The notes under the pieces are model-generated. The model saw nothing but the letters and a program-made list of their open reading frames with translations. It was not told the origin of the DNA and searched no databases. From the IMG/VR virus record IMGVR_UViG_3300008255_000130: 64,000 bases of DNA. The stretch is one strand, 5' to 3'. A program made the translations under genes and the position numbers. How positions within the stretch are numbered: the stretch's first letter is position 1; the number at the start of each line of letters is the position of its first letter. Of this stretch, positions 30,001 to 40,602 are shown in pieces. The DNA comes from an uncultured virus (IMG/VR IMGVR_UViG_3300008255_000130) (lineage: Duplodnaviria; Heunggongvirae; Uroviricota; Caudoviricetes).

Positions 30001-31521
30001 GATTCATCAAACAGTATCGTAGTTTCTCAAACTTCTGAAAAGTATGAGATTGGTCAAAAAGTAAAAATAACTATGAATGCAAATGTTGATTCTGCATATG
30101 ATAACTCTACCTCTTATGTAGATACTATTGTAGTTGATACTGAAATTTTAAATGTTATACCTAGTGGTTCAAATACACAATTAATTCTTGCAAGCAATAT
30201 GGCAATAGCTTTAGCTCAAAATGATACAGAGCTTCCAAACCCTATTCCTAATGATCCTCCAATTTTTATACCAACAGCAGATATTGTTATGCTAACACCT
30301 GCGGATGTAGATGTTTTTATTCATACGGATATTATAGGAGATTTTGCTACTACAACAGGTGGAGCAGAAATTAGACCATATCCTGCAAAATACTTATTTC
30401 CAGGTATGAAAGTTTTAAACTCAAATATCTTTGGAGCTACTGATGTATTTATTGTTAGTGTTGATGAATTAAATCAAACAATTACTACAAGTGCGCCATC
30501 TATAAATGCTTTTAATACACCTCAAGCTTTAATTTTTGAAGCAGGTATGACTGGAGACTTCATTGCCGGAGCTAACATAATTGATACAAATCAAACTAAA
30601 TACGTTCAGAGTAGTTATTCTAAACCAGTAACGAATACACCGCCCGATACTATTGTTGAGTTTATTAATTTAACAAGTGATATAATAGTATTGAATGATG
30701 TTTTACTTACTACTATGAATTACACTCTATTGGAATTTACAACTAGATATAGAGTCAATGGTAAAAAAGGAACAAATATTTTAGAATACAATCCACTCAA
30801 GTATTTAAAACCAGGTATGACGATTGATAATCCAGATGTGCCTATTGCGGCTACAATAAACACTATAGATTCTATGACTATTGGAATGGATGTTGAAGCA
30901 TTAAATACTAATACAAATGAAGAATTTTTATTCTCATCTTATTATAGTTATGAAACTTTCAGTCCAGAAATTTATGATAATTCTGTAAAATTTACAGTTC
31001 AATTTCAGGCTAAGAATTATGGCTTTATTTTTGTATCGTATAAGACTAATCCTTATATTAATGAGGGTGAAGCTTATGGTATAATAAGTAAACTTAGAGC
31101 TGATGGGAAAAGAATGATTGGTATTGAACCATTGTTAAAAAAAGTAAACTTCAAACCTATTGGTGTAAAAGGTAGAATCAAAGCATCTCCTGGAGTTTCT
31201 AGATTTCAGTTAGCTACTCAATCTATAGATTTGATTAGAGAAAGATATGGATATACTTCTAAGTTGGCAACAATGGGAATAAACAAAGGATTTCCTACTG
31301 AAAGAATTAAAAGCTTATTAAACAATGAAACTATTAATCTTGGGGTAGATTTGGCGTATTTAGATTTCCCTATTGATAATATTCCAACTGATGGATCTTA
31401 TGATTACTATTTTGTATTGAGTGAAGATTTTATAAATAGAATGAAAGTGCTGGAAGAAGAAAATTCAAACATTCTAGGTATATCATCACTTTATGATATA
31501 ATAATAACTGGAGTATTATAA
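27022..31521 (+). CDS. gp6: baseplate wedge gp6/J-like protein with large insertions
   Basis: ENFFVSA, IIAQGT, LIFGTQTFG..P, IFYRTGGG..TN, SNASGGGD. Confidence 0.8.
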   Translation: MSNQLIPLTSIGIPSLVNFVKEDMNEELITQIQNHPDWDEIWDGQLLENSSFAIINFFTYIATKLKEGVNRGIKENFFVSANDPQSIINGLLSYGLSTKQNTSSVVEVTGEVQNDFIFEDLIIAQGTKLSGRDLDGNSGSFEIYNVNNDDSINYRTPVIIESTNAKKTRFTVKAFSGVTQKKVITLPSYNYERFTISDFESEVIDDNIEIWFDIDGVSPTKLIRTDSFKIPKSYDSNFTISNSTGIPMYKVQFDDTGSMFLIFGTQTFGGYFPSSISANKNLTIFYRTGGGRLTNISKGAINQTLTFAASSRNLNIAFTNFSNASGGGDRLDLAEEQFYAPYKFGKDKSIVGDIDAFYELSNVAIHHELDSPKYSETDKKVNILHYNNYIVPFRGFSNFVFPTVEPTDTVDTYNEKFIIALNKYLNVDKIHDGSLEEEVASEFVTPVGGIAEKEYYLELKKPMNASVTAFATAPNNLEKIVDKISFTANYSGSTLQPDLPINKARIKSPNIIRTLNITTPTYLRIAFDEIASTIGGDIGGQFVDVIIDVANYGLDTQDKATLFAETINNALAGEIYLRNFNHEFCYIDDEGYLILESAIVGELSKVRVVQVENQQNLFDILGIEYGSVTPEGYSQRVFKQDTNYDHDQSKIDFKLNASLIDKTNIFEEILPSAWPDTSSVKGPIAEMILLDENDNVIALLEGQTIVVTLEQDSIPRATVTFNNISSNSINVGVPANLTAIDFVDENINAVHTLDFANSKLLVQMAENNGTGLIPLTASSLIGNKNLTINLPRITNLFVGQKVESAIFGIKNIKAIVGLNIEYDNFNDTLQNLTQNLPINSEVDFTTKLYVYGQTGNTSLQINPLFAKLPVSLINNKANITSSNLAGGTKILSFDSVLRKLTVSNPAIETLYNKEAVVNFNSYVKRFDTGETTFKVGRNINSYFNDYEILMSASWIPFTKTVSNNFRATGYPSTNEHNKLFEARRKHTLLNNITDSSNSIVVSQTSEKYEIGQKVKITMNANVDSAYDNSTSYVDTIVVDTEILNVIPSGSNTQLILASNMAIALAQNDTELPNPIPNDPPIFIPTADIVMLTPADVDVFIHTDIIGDFATTTGGAEIRPYPAKYLFPGMKVLNSNIFGATDVFIVSVDELNQTITTSAPSINAFNTPQALIFEAGMTGDFIAGANIIDTNQTKYVQSSYSKPVTNTPPDTIVEFINLTSDIIVLNDVLLTTMNYTLLEFTTRYRVNGKKGTNILEYNPLKYLKPGMTIDNPDVPIAATINTIDSMTIGMDVEALNTNTNEEFLFSSYYSYETFSPEIYDNSVKFTVQFQAKNYGFIFVSYKTNPYINEGEAYGIISKLRADGKRMIGIEPLLKKVNFKPIGVKGRIKASPGVSRFQLATQSIDLIRERYGYTSKLATMGINKGFPTERIKSLLNNETINLGVDLAYLDFPIDNIPTDGSYDYYFVLSEDFINRMKVLEEENSNILGISSLYDIIITGVL

Positions 31522-32816
31522 TGTTTAAAAGAATAGAATTATCTTTTGATACTGAGTTTCTTTACTTCAATAAAAATGAAACAGATGAAGTAAGTTATAA
31601 AGTATGGGGATATATCACAGATACAAACAAAGTTGACATAACAGATACTTCTACTATTACAGTATTTGATTACAATGCTGAAAAGATAGATACTAATAAA
31701 TTGAAATTACTGGAACTTGGAACTTGTATTATAAAAGCATTTCATACAGTTTCTTCAACACAAGAAAAATTTGTAGATACACAAGAGATAGTTATTTACG
31801 AAAGTTTTCTTAGAGATAACTATCTAACAAATTTAGTATCTAATTTTGAAAAAGAAAAAATACAAGGCAACACTTTTTTAAAAACTATTATGGATACTTG
31901 TATGCAATATTTTGATATTCTCTATGCTTTCAATGAAGACAACATAACACTTAAAAACATTTATAAAACTAAAAGTAAATTTCTTTCTGAACTTGGTAAG
32001 AGTATGGGTTTTCAGTTCTTCGATCAAGAAAATATAAATACAGTATTAGAAAAACAATCACAAGATATTTATAGAGAACTACTTATAAACCTTATTGATT
32101 TAGTAAATATTAGAGGCACCAAGAATGCTTATCAGTTGTTTTTTTCGGTGCTTGGATATGATATTAGGTTAGAAGAATTTTGGTTCGATTCAGACGGTAA
32201 TCTAGTAGAAATTAATCCAGATGATTTTTTAATAACAGAGTCTAATCCAACAGGAGCTAGGTTATCTACGTTTTTTAGATATGATTTAGCTGGGAATCAG
32301 ATTGATGATCCACCAGTAGAAAGAGTTGACCCAAGATACCTTATGGAATTAGATAATGACTATGATCGAAACAATAAAAGTAATTATGTAAGACCGATCA
32401 TATCAGTAAGAAATGACTTATCTAATTCAATTCAGATTAATGATCCGTCTACTTTTAGTATAGAAAAAAGAAGAATTATAAAGAAGTTTCTTGAATATTT
32501 GAAACCTAAACATATTCAATATATGCAAGAATTAATACAGGGAAGTCGTCTGAATGATTTAATCAACTTTAATTTTGATGAAGATTTATCTTTTTCTAGA
32601 ATTGCAATTAGAGAGGACGAACCAGGAACATTTCCTTGGCTTGATATGGTAGATGAGTTATACGAAAGTTTTAAAACATCTTTGGGTATTATAATGAAAG
32701 AAAGTATAGAATTCTATTATAGATGGGATTCTAGTGATATTAAGTGGGATGCAGGCAGAAAATGGGATGATTCTGAAATAATTTTAGATAATTTCCTACC
32801 CCCTGTTAAAATATAA
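31521..32816 (+). CDS. baseplate gp7/P2 gpI-like protein
   Basis: FLSELGKSMGF, IRGTKNAYQLFFSVLGY, EYLKPKH. Confidence 0.7.
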   Translation: MFKRIELSFDTEFLYFNKNETDEVSYKVWGYITDTNKVDITDTSTITVFDYNAEKIDTNKLKLLELGTCIIKAFHTVSSTQEKFVDTQEIVIYESFLRDNYLTNLVSNFEKEKIQGNTFLKTIMDTCMQYFDILYAFNEDNITLKNIYKTKSKFLSELGKSMGFQFFDQENINTVLEKQSQDIYRELLINLIDLVNIRGTKNAYQLFFSVLGYDIRLEEFWFDSDGNLVEINPDDFLITESNPTGARLSTFFRYDLAGNQIDDPPVERVDPRYLMELDNDYDRNNKSNYVRPIISVRNDLSNSIQINDPSTFSIEKRRIIKKFLEYLKPKHIQYMQELIQGSRLNDLINFNFDEDLSFSRIAIREDEPGTFPWLDMVDELYESFKTSLGIIMKESIEFYYRWDSSDIKWDAGRKWDDSEIILDNFLPPVKI

Positions 32817-32830
32817 CAAAGAGAGTAAAA

Positions 32831-34153
32831 ATGAATTTATTTAAAAAAATTTGGCTAGAGAATTTAAAAAAGAACAAAGAACCACTACAAAGATTTGTAG
32901 AAGATATTGGTGGAATTAAAGGTAAATTTAGTTGGACTAAACTAGATAAAAATCTTAATCCAATTGATAAAATGTGCATTACAAATGCAGTTACTATTAA
33001 TGGTAGAAGTTCTATAGTTCGTTTGTTAGCCCAAGGGGTTTCAAGTAAAGTAGGAGCAATCAATCCTTTAGATTATAAGATTTCAAAAATGAGATTTGGT
33101 AATGCTAAATTGGATCCTATATCAGGAGTTATTAGTGCTGATCTTGATCTTCATTATTATGACTTGACAGAAATTTCTAGAAGAGTAAACTCTACAGATG
33201 ATTCTAACGCTCTTGTAGTAGGGACTGTAAGAGGTGCTGGTGGTAGAAGTTCAAATTTTCTTACTACCCCTAGCTCAAATACGAGACCATCTGTTTCTTT
33301 TAATACTATAGCCGCAAATCAAGTAAGTAATTCTGGGTATACTTTTAGACCCAATGAATCAATTATTCGTACAATCACTGGTGCTATAGAATTTCCAAAT
33401 GTTAAAGTAAGTACAGATACAACTCCAGCTAGAGAACCTTCACATAAAAGTTTAGAAGTTTTATTGTTTGATGCAAATAATGTTCTTATAGAGGCTATCA
33501 AATTTGGTGGTAAATATAATAAGGCTATTGGTGGAAATAGAGCTACCGATTATGGGACAGGTGTAATAGCAGGGCCAGAAGTAACTGTAAGTCCTTATAC
33601 AACAATAGTATATCCAAACATAGCAATTAATACTAAAGTTTTAGATTTAGATAATACTATTCTTTATTATGATGTTGATAAAAGATGGAAATTATTTTTG
33701 AAAGCAAAAGCTGTAGCTGATTTAAACAATCCAGGTAATTTTGCAGGACATCAAGTTGCAAGATATGTAGTAAGATTTAATATCGGTCAATATAATATTA
33801 TTGATTCTATTGTTCCTGTAGTTGGCTTTAATACGGGTGAAGGAACAAATAATGTAACTAGATTTGCTAATCAACCAGATTCATACTCTATAAGTAACGT
33901 AGCTTTCTCTGATGGCGATAATAATTCTATTGATGATTACTCTGTAGCTTTCTCTGTGATTATGGGTGCTAATCAAGGAAATGGTGCTGGAACTGGTAAT
34001 GATGATAGAAATGTTTATTATAACGAAGCTTTTCTTTTTAATGAAAGAAATGAACTATTTTCTATAGTAAGAATGGATGCAGACAATGGTTTTATTAAAA
34101 ACCCCGATACTGCTTATCTTTTAACTTGGCAATTAAGTGTTGATCCAAATTAA
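32831..34153 (+). CDS. baseplate/fibre-attachment protein (gp8 or collar-like)
   Basis: NAVTINGRSSIVRLL...ISKMRFG; C-terminal YNEAFLF...LFS...K..DT..LLTWQL. Confidence 0.6.
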   Translation: MNLFKKIWLENLKKNKEPLQRFVEDIGGIKGKFSWTKLDKNLNPIDKMCITNAVTINGRSSIVRLLAQGVSSKVGAINPLDYKISKMRFGNAKLDPISGVISADLDLHYYDLTEISRRVNSTDDSNALVVGTVRGAGGRSSNFLTTPSSNTRPSVSFNTIAANQVSNSGYTFRPNESIIRTITGAIEFPNVKVSTDTTPAREPSHKSLEVLLFDANNVLIEAIKFGGKYNKAIGGNRATDYGTGVIAGPEVTVSPYTTIVYPNIAINTKVLDLDNTILYYDVDKRWKLFLKAKAVADLNNPGNFAGHQVARYVVRFNIGQYNIIDSIVPVVGFNTGEGTNNVTRFANQPDSYSISNVAFSDGDNNSIDDYSVAFSVIMGANQGNGAGTGNDDRNVYYNEAFLFNERNELFSIVRMDADNGFIKNPDTAYLLTWQLSVDPN

Positions 34154-34191
34154 AAAAAAAGAAAAAATGAAAACAAAGTAAAAATAACTAA

Positions 34192-37100
34192 ATGGCAAAT
34201 CTAAGAACAAAATATTTCTCTAAAAACCTTCAGGCTTGGGTTGAATTAAATACCTCTAAAAATGTTAGTTTAAATTCAAATGACATTCTAAAAACGGGTT
34301 CAGCCGACTTAAATATCGAATCTAAAAGAATTCGATTGGTGCCGTTCAATGATGATTTAGACTCTACAGATTTAATGGAATTGATTGCAGATTTAATCTA
34401 CAATGATATCCAGGCATATAATCAAGCTGCGTTTCTTGGAAATACAATGTCTGATGGTGTTTATAAGAATGTAAAAAATTCTTTTGATATAGAAGTATTA
34501 GATGTATCTAATATACCTGCTCCACTTGGTCAAGTGTATATAAATAGTTTTGCTATTAAAGATGGTATGGCTTGTAAAAATCAAGAAACTAATATTTACG
34601 AACCCCCATTCAGAATAAAACAAATTCAAATAATTGCTCCACTTTCTAATCTACAAATAGCTGTAGATAATTCTCTTGATTTAGAAGTCGGAATGGTTAT
34701 CACTTCGCCTCTATTCCCTAAAGGAACAGAAATCACAAACATAGTAAGTCCTACTCTTATAGAAATTAGTAAACAACCAACTGGATTACCTGTTGGATTT
34801 GTGCCAGTATCTTTTGAAAAGAAAGCGGTATTTAAAATAGGAAGAGAAATAGATGAACTTACTCTTGGTTTTGTAGGTTACAGAAGAGATTTAATAGAAT
34901 TCAATATAAAAAACAGTACTTTTAATGTAGTAAAAGGTAGAGAAGGAATTGTTAAACCACCAATTAATTCTAATTTAGATTCATTATATGTAATCAAAAC
35001 TATTGAACACAACGGCGTACTAGATTCAAACATCTTTAGAGTTTATTTAAGAGCTACGGCAGATAGAATACTTACAGAAGATTTTGAAATCAATGAAGAA
35101 ATAAGACTAATTAAAACTATCTCAAAAGAATGGGATGGTTATTATACAATTACTGATATATCAAATGATTCAAACAATCCTTGGGTTGAAGTAATAGCAA
35201 TAGGAAAAACAGAAGATACTTTTAATCAAGTTGAAGAAGGTGGTTATCTAGAGACAAATTATTTACCACTTTATAGTGTTCTTATAGAAAGAAATAGTTC
35301 AGGCGATCCTACAATAATTGTAGACTCTATTGATAGAATTTTTGACCATGTAGGCATAGATTCTAGTATCGATGAAATTTATAGAGCTACAATAGAACAA
35401 GATGAATTTGGTATTTTTGGATTACATACAAAAAATAAAATACATCTTACGGATCCTTTTGGTAGATGGTTAGAATGGAAAGCTGGTCAATCAGCAACAG
35501 AAGGTTCTATTGGCTATAAATATAATGAAATAGAAATAGAAGGTGCTAGTAAAATTGATAACACTCAATTACCATTTACGCCTTATGATGTTATAAATAA
35601 TTTTTCTCTTACAAATATTCCATTTATACTTAGAGATTTACAAGATAATATCTTTGGTGAATCTACAGTTGAATTAAATAATATCAATCTAGCAATGAAA
35701 AATACAATCAGAACTATTGGTGATGAAAGTATAGAAATAAAATTAGTTTCTGGTGATGTAGTTGAGGTTGGTGGCTTAGAAGAACTACAGGTAAGTAATG
35801 GTGGATTAAATAATATCGAAGTTATTACAAGTGGTGATGATCTTACAACTAAAGGGTTAATAGCAAACGAAGACTTTATATTAGTTACTGATGGGCCTGG
35901 AAGTTATCAAATAGGTAAAATCACTTTAGTTGCTTCACAGATTCTTACTGTAAGCGGATTGTTAAAACCTCTTACAACTCTTTCAAAAATAGTAATTTTT
36001 AGAAATAGTTCAATTACAGATGTTCCAAATTCAGAGACTTCACTTACAAATGCACAAATAAGAACTCAAGTGATATCTGGTGCCAATGGTACTTTTTATC
36101 AAAATGAATTCTCTAAAGTACAATTTGAATATAACAATGGTATTTTCTTAAATCTAAATAAATGGTATTTTATACAGACAAGAGCAAAACAAGAAGGAGC
36201 AACTTGGGGTAATTCACCATATATTGCTATTCAGAAAACTGATAGTGGTGAAAGACAGAGTGCTTTTATAGAAATTTTATATAAAACCGTAGAACAAGGT
36301 TATCCAAATGAAAGTTTAGTTATTGAAGATGAATTGGGAGATTTAACAATTCCAAATCCTGCTAGAACTATAGCTCCACATTTTAGACCTTCATTTTACG
36401 AATTCTTTGCAAAACCAATAGATGTTAGATATTTAACAAATGCTGATTTTCCTACAAAAATCAATCAAGTATTTGTAGATGTTCAATCTGGTAGAATTCT
36501 ATTTAATGAGAAAGGAACACCTAGAAAAGTATTTGTTTCATATTTTAAAAAAGATATTCTTTCTGGAGATAGCTCGGATTTTTCTTTAAAACATATAGAC
36601 AAAGATGAAACGAAACAAATAAATATTCAAGATAAGTTTACAGATATAGATAATAAATTTACTAAAGGTGGTTCTTTCGAAAAGACTATTGAAGTAAATG
36701 GTATAATTCAAAAGCCTGTAAAAGGTTTCAGGGGCCCATTTTCAGTTTCAAATAGAAACCCATTTGAAATCAATTATATACTAGATAGCTATGACAATCA
36801 TTTTGTAGAAAAAACTAAAAATAATATTAAATTAAATATATTAAATGAATACAATATTATTCATACTAAAGATCACTCTATTTTAATTAGTGATAAGATA
36901 AGCGATAGTTTAAGTAATTTCAATGGCAATCTGATTGTTGGATATATGAATACTATAGTTCCTAAGCCGTCTTTCAATGCAGAAAATAAACTAATTGCAC
37001 CTGTTCAAGAAATTTTTGATTTTCAATCATTATATTTTAAACCATGGAATTCAGCATTGTTTCCAACTGAAATTGATTTTTCTAATGATACAAAAATAAT

Positions 37101-40100
37101 TAATCCATTAGCAAGTGTATCACAAGATGGAACTTGGAATGATTTTAATTCATCTACTTTTGATAATTTCAATGTTTTAAAAATGTTGATTAGAAAAAGT
37201 TATACAGAAAATTTACCTTATGTAGCAGATTTAGAAACCAAAAGAAAATGGAAACAAAGATTTGTAGTTAAAAATACAGATTCATTTTTAGCAAATTACG
37301 GTGGATCAGAAGCTCAAATAATTTCAGAGAGATATATGACTGAAATTAAATTTGATAAAGATGGTATAGAACATAAAGGAGAAAATTTAGTTTTTCCTTT
37401 TACTCAATCAACTAAATTTACTAACTATGAATTACAACTTACAGATGCCGTAAGTATGAATGATGTAACTCTTAGAACACAATTAGATGAATTAGAGTTC
37501 AATAATTTAATAGTAGATAATATTTTATATTCTTGCATAAGAACTAACGACAATATTCCAGCAACAATAGATCATCCAACTTATCCTACTTTTCATCTTC
37601 ATGTAAGAAAATACTTATTGAATAAAGATAATAATGAAGTAGAAATAAATGAATTTACAGATACTATTCTTCAATTAGAAGAATATAGAACTGATTTCCC
37701 AATATTAGAAATGAAAGCTATTGAATTTGATGATAGATTGATAGCAATAGCAATGTTAAGAAATGTATTGGGTGTAAATAGAATTCAAATTCAATTTTTA
37801 GATAAAGTTACTCTTGAGCCATTGTTGGAAAGTAACTCTTTAGTTGAGTTAGCAATAAATGTTAGTGGATTGGCTTTCTTTGATTTTAAAAAAATTAAAA
37901 CCAATACAATGGCAGTTGCCTATAGATTTAGCAATACACAATCTTTTTTCAACATAGTAAGCTTCGATCCAGAAGATAACAATTTTTTTACTGTAAGTGA
38001 CGACTATACTTTAGTCCTTGCAGAAGATGTTCTTGAACAAATAAATATTTGCAAGTTTTCTAGAAATTCTTTCTTGATAAACTATACAACTTCTTTAGGT
38101 TCTAGAATAAAAAGATATACTACAGATGGTATAGCAGAATTTTTTGATGAAGCAGAGACGATAGACGAATATATAATTACAAATTTAGTACCAACTACAG
38201 GAACAAAAACTTATTTATTAGAAACTTTAAATAATGATTTAGCAGTTGTTTATCAACATCAATCTGATGTAAATGATATTCAAACAAAAATGGCTATATT
38301 TGATGAATGGGATTTTAATAAAAAAGAAGAAAATGTTTTATTCACTGAAACTGTAGGTAGCATATCTTCTGAATATCAAATAATAAATCTTAATGAAGAT
38401 GTAATTATTTTCAAGAGAAAGAAAGATGACGATATTATTTTTGAAACTTATCTAAGTGATATTAGATTTAATAAAAAATTAACTATTCAATATTTGAATA
38501 CAGATAAAACTAATATTTTATCTACTACAGAAAATAGTTTTTCTTTCTTTAGAAGAGAAAATTTGAATGATTTAAAATTATCTCTAATTGAATATAGACC
38601 AGATTTTACTAATGAGTTTATATTAGACACGAATACTAATGAATCATTTACTGAACCTTATAAGATTGCGGCTAACGTAGCAATCAATAATAATAAAATG
38701 GTTACTGTTGGACATAAAGATAATCATCTTGCGATAGTAATACAGACTATAAACGGTGATGGTGAAATTATAGTTGACTATCAAAATGATTTTGTTATTG
38801 AATTTAATAATATACTATCTGGTATTGAAGAAACAGCTTTAAAAGTCTTAGATGTTCAACATATTAATTATTTAGGAAATGCTTTAGAAGTAAATAATTT
38901 AGTAATAAGTGCAGTACCAATAAGTTCTAATAAACTATATGTTTTTGTATTTGATTTGAATACTCTAGCATTAAATGTATCTACTGGAATTCAATATACT
39001 GCTCTTGCTGGTAGTGGTGATCCTATAACTAATCTAGTTGTAAAGAAAATATCAAAAGATGTTTTATTTTTTATTGGTAATGCCAATACTTCTGAAAATA
39101 TAAAGATTGCTACAGCTGATTTTGATAATAGAATGGATTCTAATGTTTATGAATTTAATCATGCTCAAACAGTAGGATTACTTGCTGATAACAACTTAAA
39201 AAACTTAGCACTATCAAATATCACATCTCCTTTTAGTTATACTAGTTATTTTGTAAAAAATAATAAGTTATTCCTATCTAGAACAACTATGACAGATACG
39301 ATTTTAAATACTTATGATATAGTAAAAACAATATCTTCTAATCCTGTTGTTTATGAATTCAATGTTTCAGAAGAACAGAGTTTACATAATGCACAAACAG
39401 TTAGTGATATTGTTGAATTAGAAAATAGTATTGCACTAGTTTACAGAATAGCTAATGATTTATTTTATAAAGTATTTGATTACACTTATACTTTTCTTCA
39501 AGGTGATGCTACAACAGGTATACCTTTACAATCAAATGTGGATGATGTACATAATAGAATTGTACAATTTACTGGTAAGCAAAGTATCAATCTTATTTAT
39601 AAAAATATTATAGATACTGAAACTTATGTAAGAAATATTCTTTTTACTGATGTAGGTATCATTGAAAGTGCAGACTTTCTTATCCCAGTAGTATCTTATT
39701 TAAGATTTAATGTTATTCAGAAACAAGACGGTAAAGCAGTTTTATTTAGATATATATGGCTTTCAGAATATTCTATACAATCATTTGACATTTCACCTTT
39801 ATCAATAAGTATTCTTACAGATGCAGTAATTGATGAAGGAAGTGAATTATTTAGTTATTTAAGTAGTTCTATAAAAGTAACTGGAAATAATTTTATAGGT
39901 AAGAAGTTACCTGTGTTTAATGTATTTACTAATAAATCAAGAAAAACTATTCCTGGCTTATACGAAACACAAATACACGATCTACCTTATTCGATAGTAA
40001 AAATAAATGAAAATAATTTTACTATAGTTTATCAAGATTTAGAAGATACTGGAAAGGTATTTATGAGAGACTTTACTGTAATAGATGGGAGATTTTTTGC

Positions 40101-40602
40101 AGATTCAGAATTATATGAATTTGATTTCTTTGATCTTCAATCAACTAATAACACTTATATCGAAGCATTTAGAAATGAAGAAAATTTAATTTACTTCTTC
40201 AAGAACCCAGATACAAATAACATTAATATATTGAAAGTAGATTTATTTGCTAATCCAATTGATCCACAAACAACAATAACAATAGATGAATTAGAAAATC
40301 CAGAAATAATTTTTATTAAACAACTAATTGAGAACAAATATTTAATGATTTTAAAATCAATGAATATGTATTATACATATTTAATTGATGAAAATTTGAA
40401 AGTATTGAACGAACCACAAGGTTTTATGATTGAAGAATTTATAGATGCTGAGAAAATTTCTAAACCTAATGCAGATTCTTTCGCAAATATAGTGTGGTAT
40501 TACAAAAAGAATGGAGACTTAAATTACAAAATTCATGGAATTGACGGAAAGAATTTTGGGATTTGTCAAGTTGTTGGTAAGTGGAATTATTTGGTAGTAT
40601 AA
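34192..40602 (+). CDS. very large tail/baseplate structural protein (2136 aa), beta-rich C-terminal half
   Basis: long acidic beta-rich ORF in tail module; VDVQSGRILF. Confidence 0.65.
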   Translation: MANLRTKYFSKNLQAWVELNTSKNVSLNSNDILKTGSADLNIESKRIRLVPFNDDLDSTDLMELIADLIYNDIQAYNQAAFLGNTMSDGVYKNVKNSFDIEVLDVSNIPAPLGQVYINSFAIKDGMACKNQETNIYEPPFRIKQIQIIAPLSNLQIAVDNSLDLEVGMVITSPLFPKGTEITNIVSPTLIEISKQPTGLPVGFVPVSFEKKAVFKIGREIDELTLGFVGYRRDLIEFNIKNSTFNVVKGREGIVKPPINSNLDSLYVIKTIEHNGVLDSNIFRVYLRATADRILTEDFEINEEIRLIKTISKEWDGYYTITDISNDSNNPWVEVIAIGKTEDTFNQVEEGGYLETNYLPLYSVLIERNSSGDPTIIVDSIDRIFDHVGIDSSIDEIYRATIEQDEFGIFGLHTKNKIHLTDPFGRWLEWKAGQSATEGSIGYKYNEIEIEGASKIDNTQLPFTPYDVINNFSLTNIPFILRDLQDNIFGESTVELNNINLAMKNTIRTIGDESIEIKLVSGDVVEVGGLEELQVSNGGLNNIEVITSGDDLTTKGLIANEDFILVTDGPGSYQIGKITLVASQILTVSGLLKPLTTLSKIVIFRNSSITDVPNSETSLTNAQIRTQVISGANGTFYQNEFSKVQFEYNNGIFLNLNKWYFIQTRAKQEGATWGNSPYIAIQKTDSGERQSAFIEILYKTVEQGYPNESLVIEDELGDLTIPNPARTIAPHFRPSFYEFFAKPIDVRYLTNADFPTKINQVFVDVQSGRILFNEKGTPRKVFVSYFKKDILSGDSSDFSLKHIDKDETKQINIQDKFTDIDNKFTKGGSFEKTIEVNGIIQKPVKGFRGPFSVSNRNPFEINYILDSYDNHFVEKTKNNIKLNILNEYNIIHTKDHSILISDKISDSLSNFNGNLIVGYMNTIVPKPSFNAENKLIAPVQEIFDFQSLYFKPWNSALFPTEIDFSNDTKIINPLASVSQDGTWNDFNSSTFDNFNVLKMLIRKSYTENLPYVADLETKRKWKQRFVVKNTDSFLANYGGSEAQIISERYMTEIKFDKDGIEHKGENLVFPFTQSTKFTNYELQLTDAVSMNDVTLRTQLDELEFNNLIVDNILYSCIRTNDNIPATIDHPTYPTFHLHVRKYLLNKDNNEVEINEFTDTILQLEEYRTDFPILEMKAIEFDDRLIAIAMLRNVLGVNRIQIQFLDKVTLEPLLESNSLVELAINVSGLAFFDFKKIKTNTMAVAYRFSNTQSFFNIVSFDPEDNNFFTVSDDYTLVLAEDVLEQINICKFSRNSFLINYTTSLGSRIKRYTTDGIAEFFDEAETIDEYIITNLVPTTGTKTYLLETLNNDLAVVYQHQSDVNDIQTKMAIFDEWDFNKKEENVLFTETVGSISSEYQIINLNEDVIIFKRKKDDDIIFETYLSDIRFNKKLTIQYLNTDKTNILSTTENSFSFFRRENLNDLKLSLIEYRPDFTNEFILDTNTNESFTEPYKIAANVAINNNKMVTVGHKDNHLAIVIQTINGDGEIIVDYQNDFVIEFNNILSGIEETALKVLDVQHINYLGNALEVNNLVISAVPISSNKLYVFVFDLNTLALNVSTGIQYTALAGSGDPITNLVVKKISKDVLFFIGNANTSENIKIATADFDNRMDSNVYEFNHAQTVGLLADNNLKNLALSNITSPFSYTSYFVKNNKLFLSRTTMTDTILNTYDIVKTISSNPVVYEFNVSEEQSLHNAQTVSDIVELENSIALVYRIANDLFYKVFDYTYTFLQGDATTGIPLQSNVDDVHNRIVQFTGKQSINLIYKNIIDTETYVRNILFTDVGIIESADFLIPVVSYLRFNVIQKQDGKAVLFRYIWLSEYSIQSFDISPLSISILTDAVIDEGSELFSYLSSSIKVTGNNFIGKKLPVFNVFTNKSRKTIPGLYETQIHDLPYSIVKINENNFTIVYQDLEDTGKVFMRDFTVIDGRFFADSELYEFDFFDLQSTNNTYIEAFRNEENLIYFFKNPDTNNINILKVDLFANPIDPQTTITIDELENPEIIFIKQLIENKYLMILKSMNMYYTYLIDENLKVLNEPQGFMIEEFIDAEKISKPNADSFANIVWYYKKNGDLNYKIHGIDGKNFGICQVVGKWNYLVV

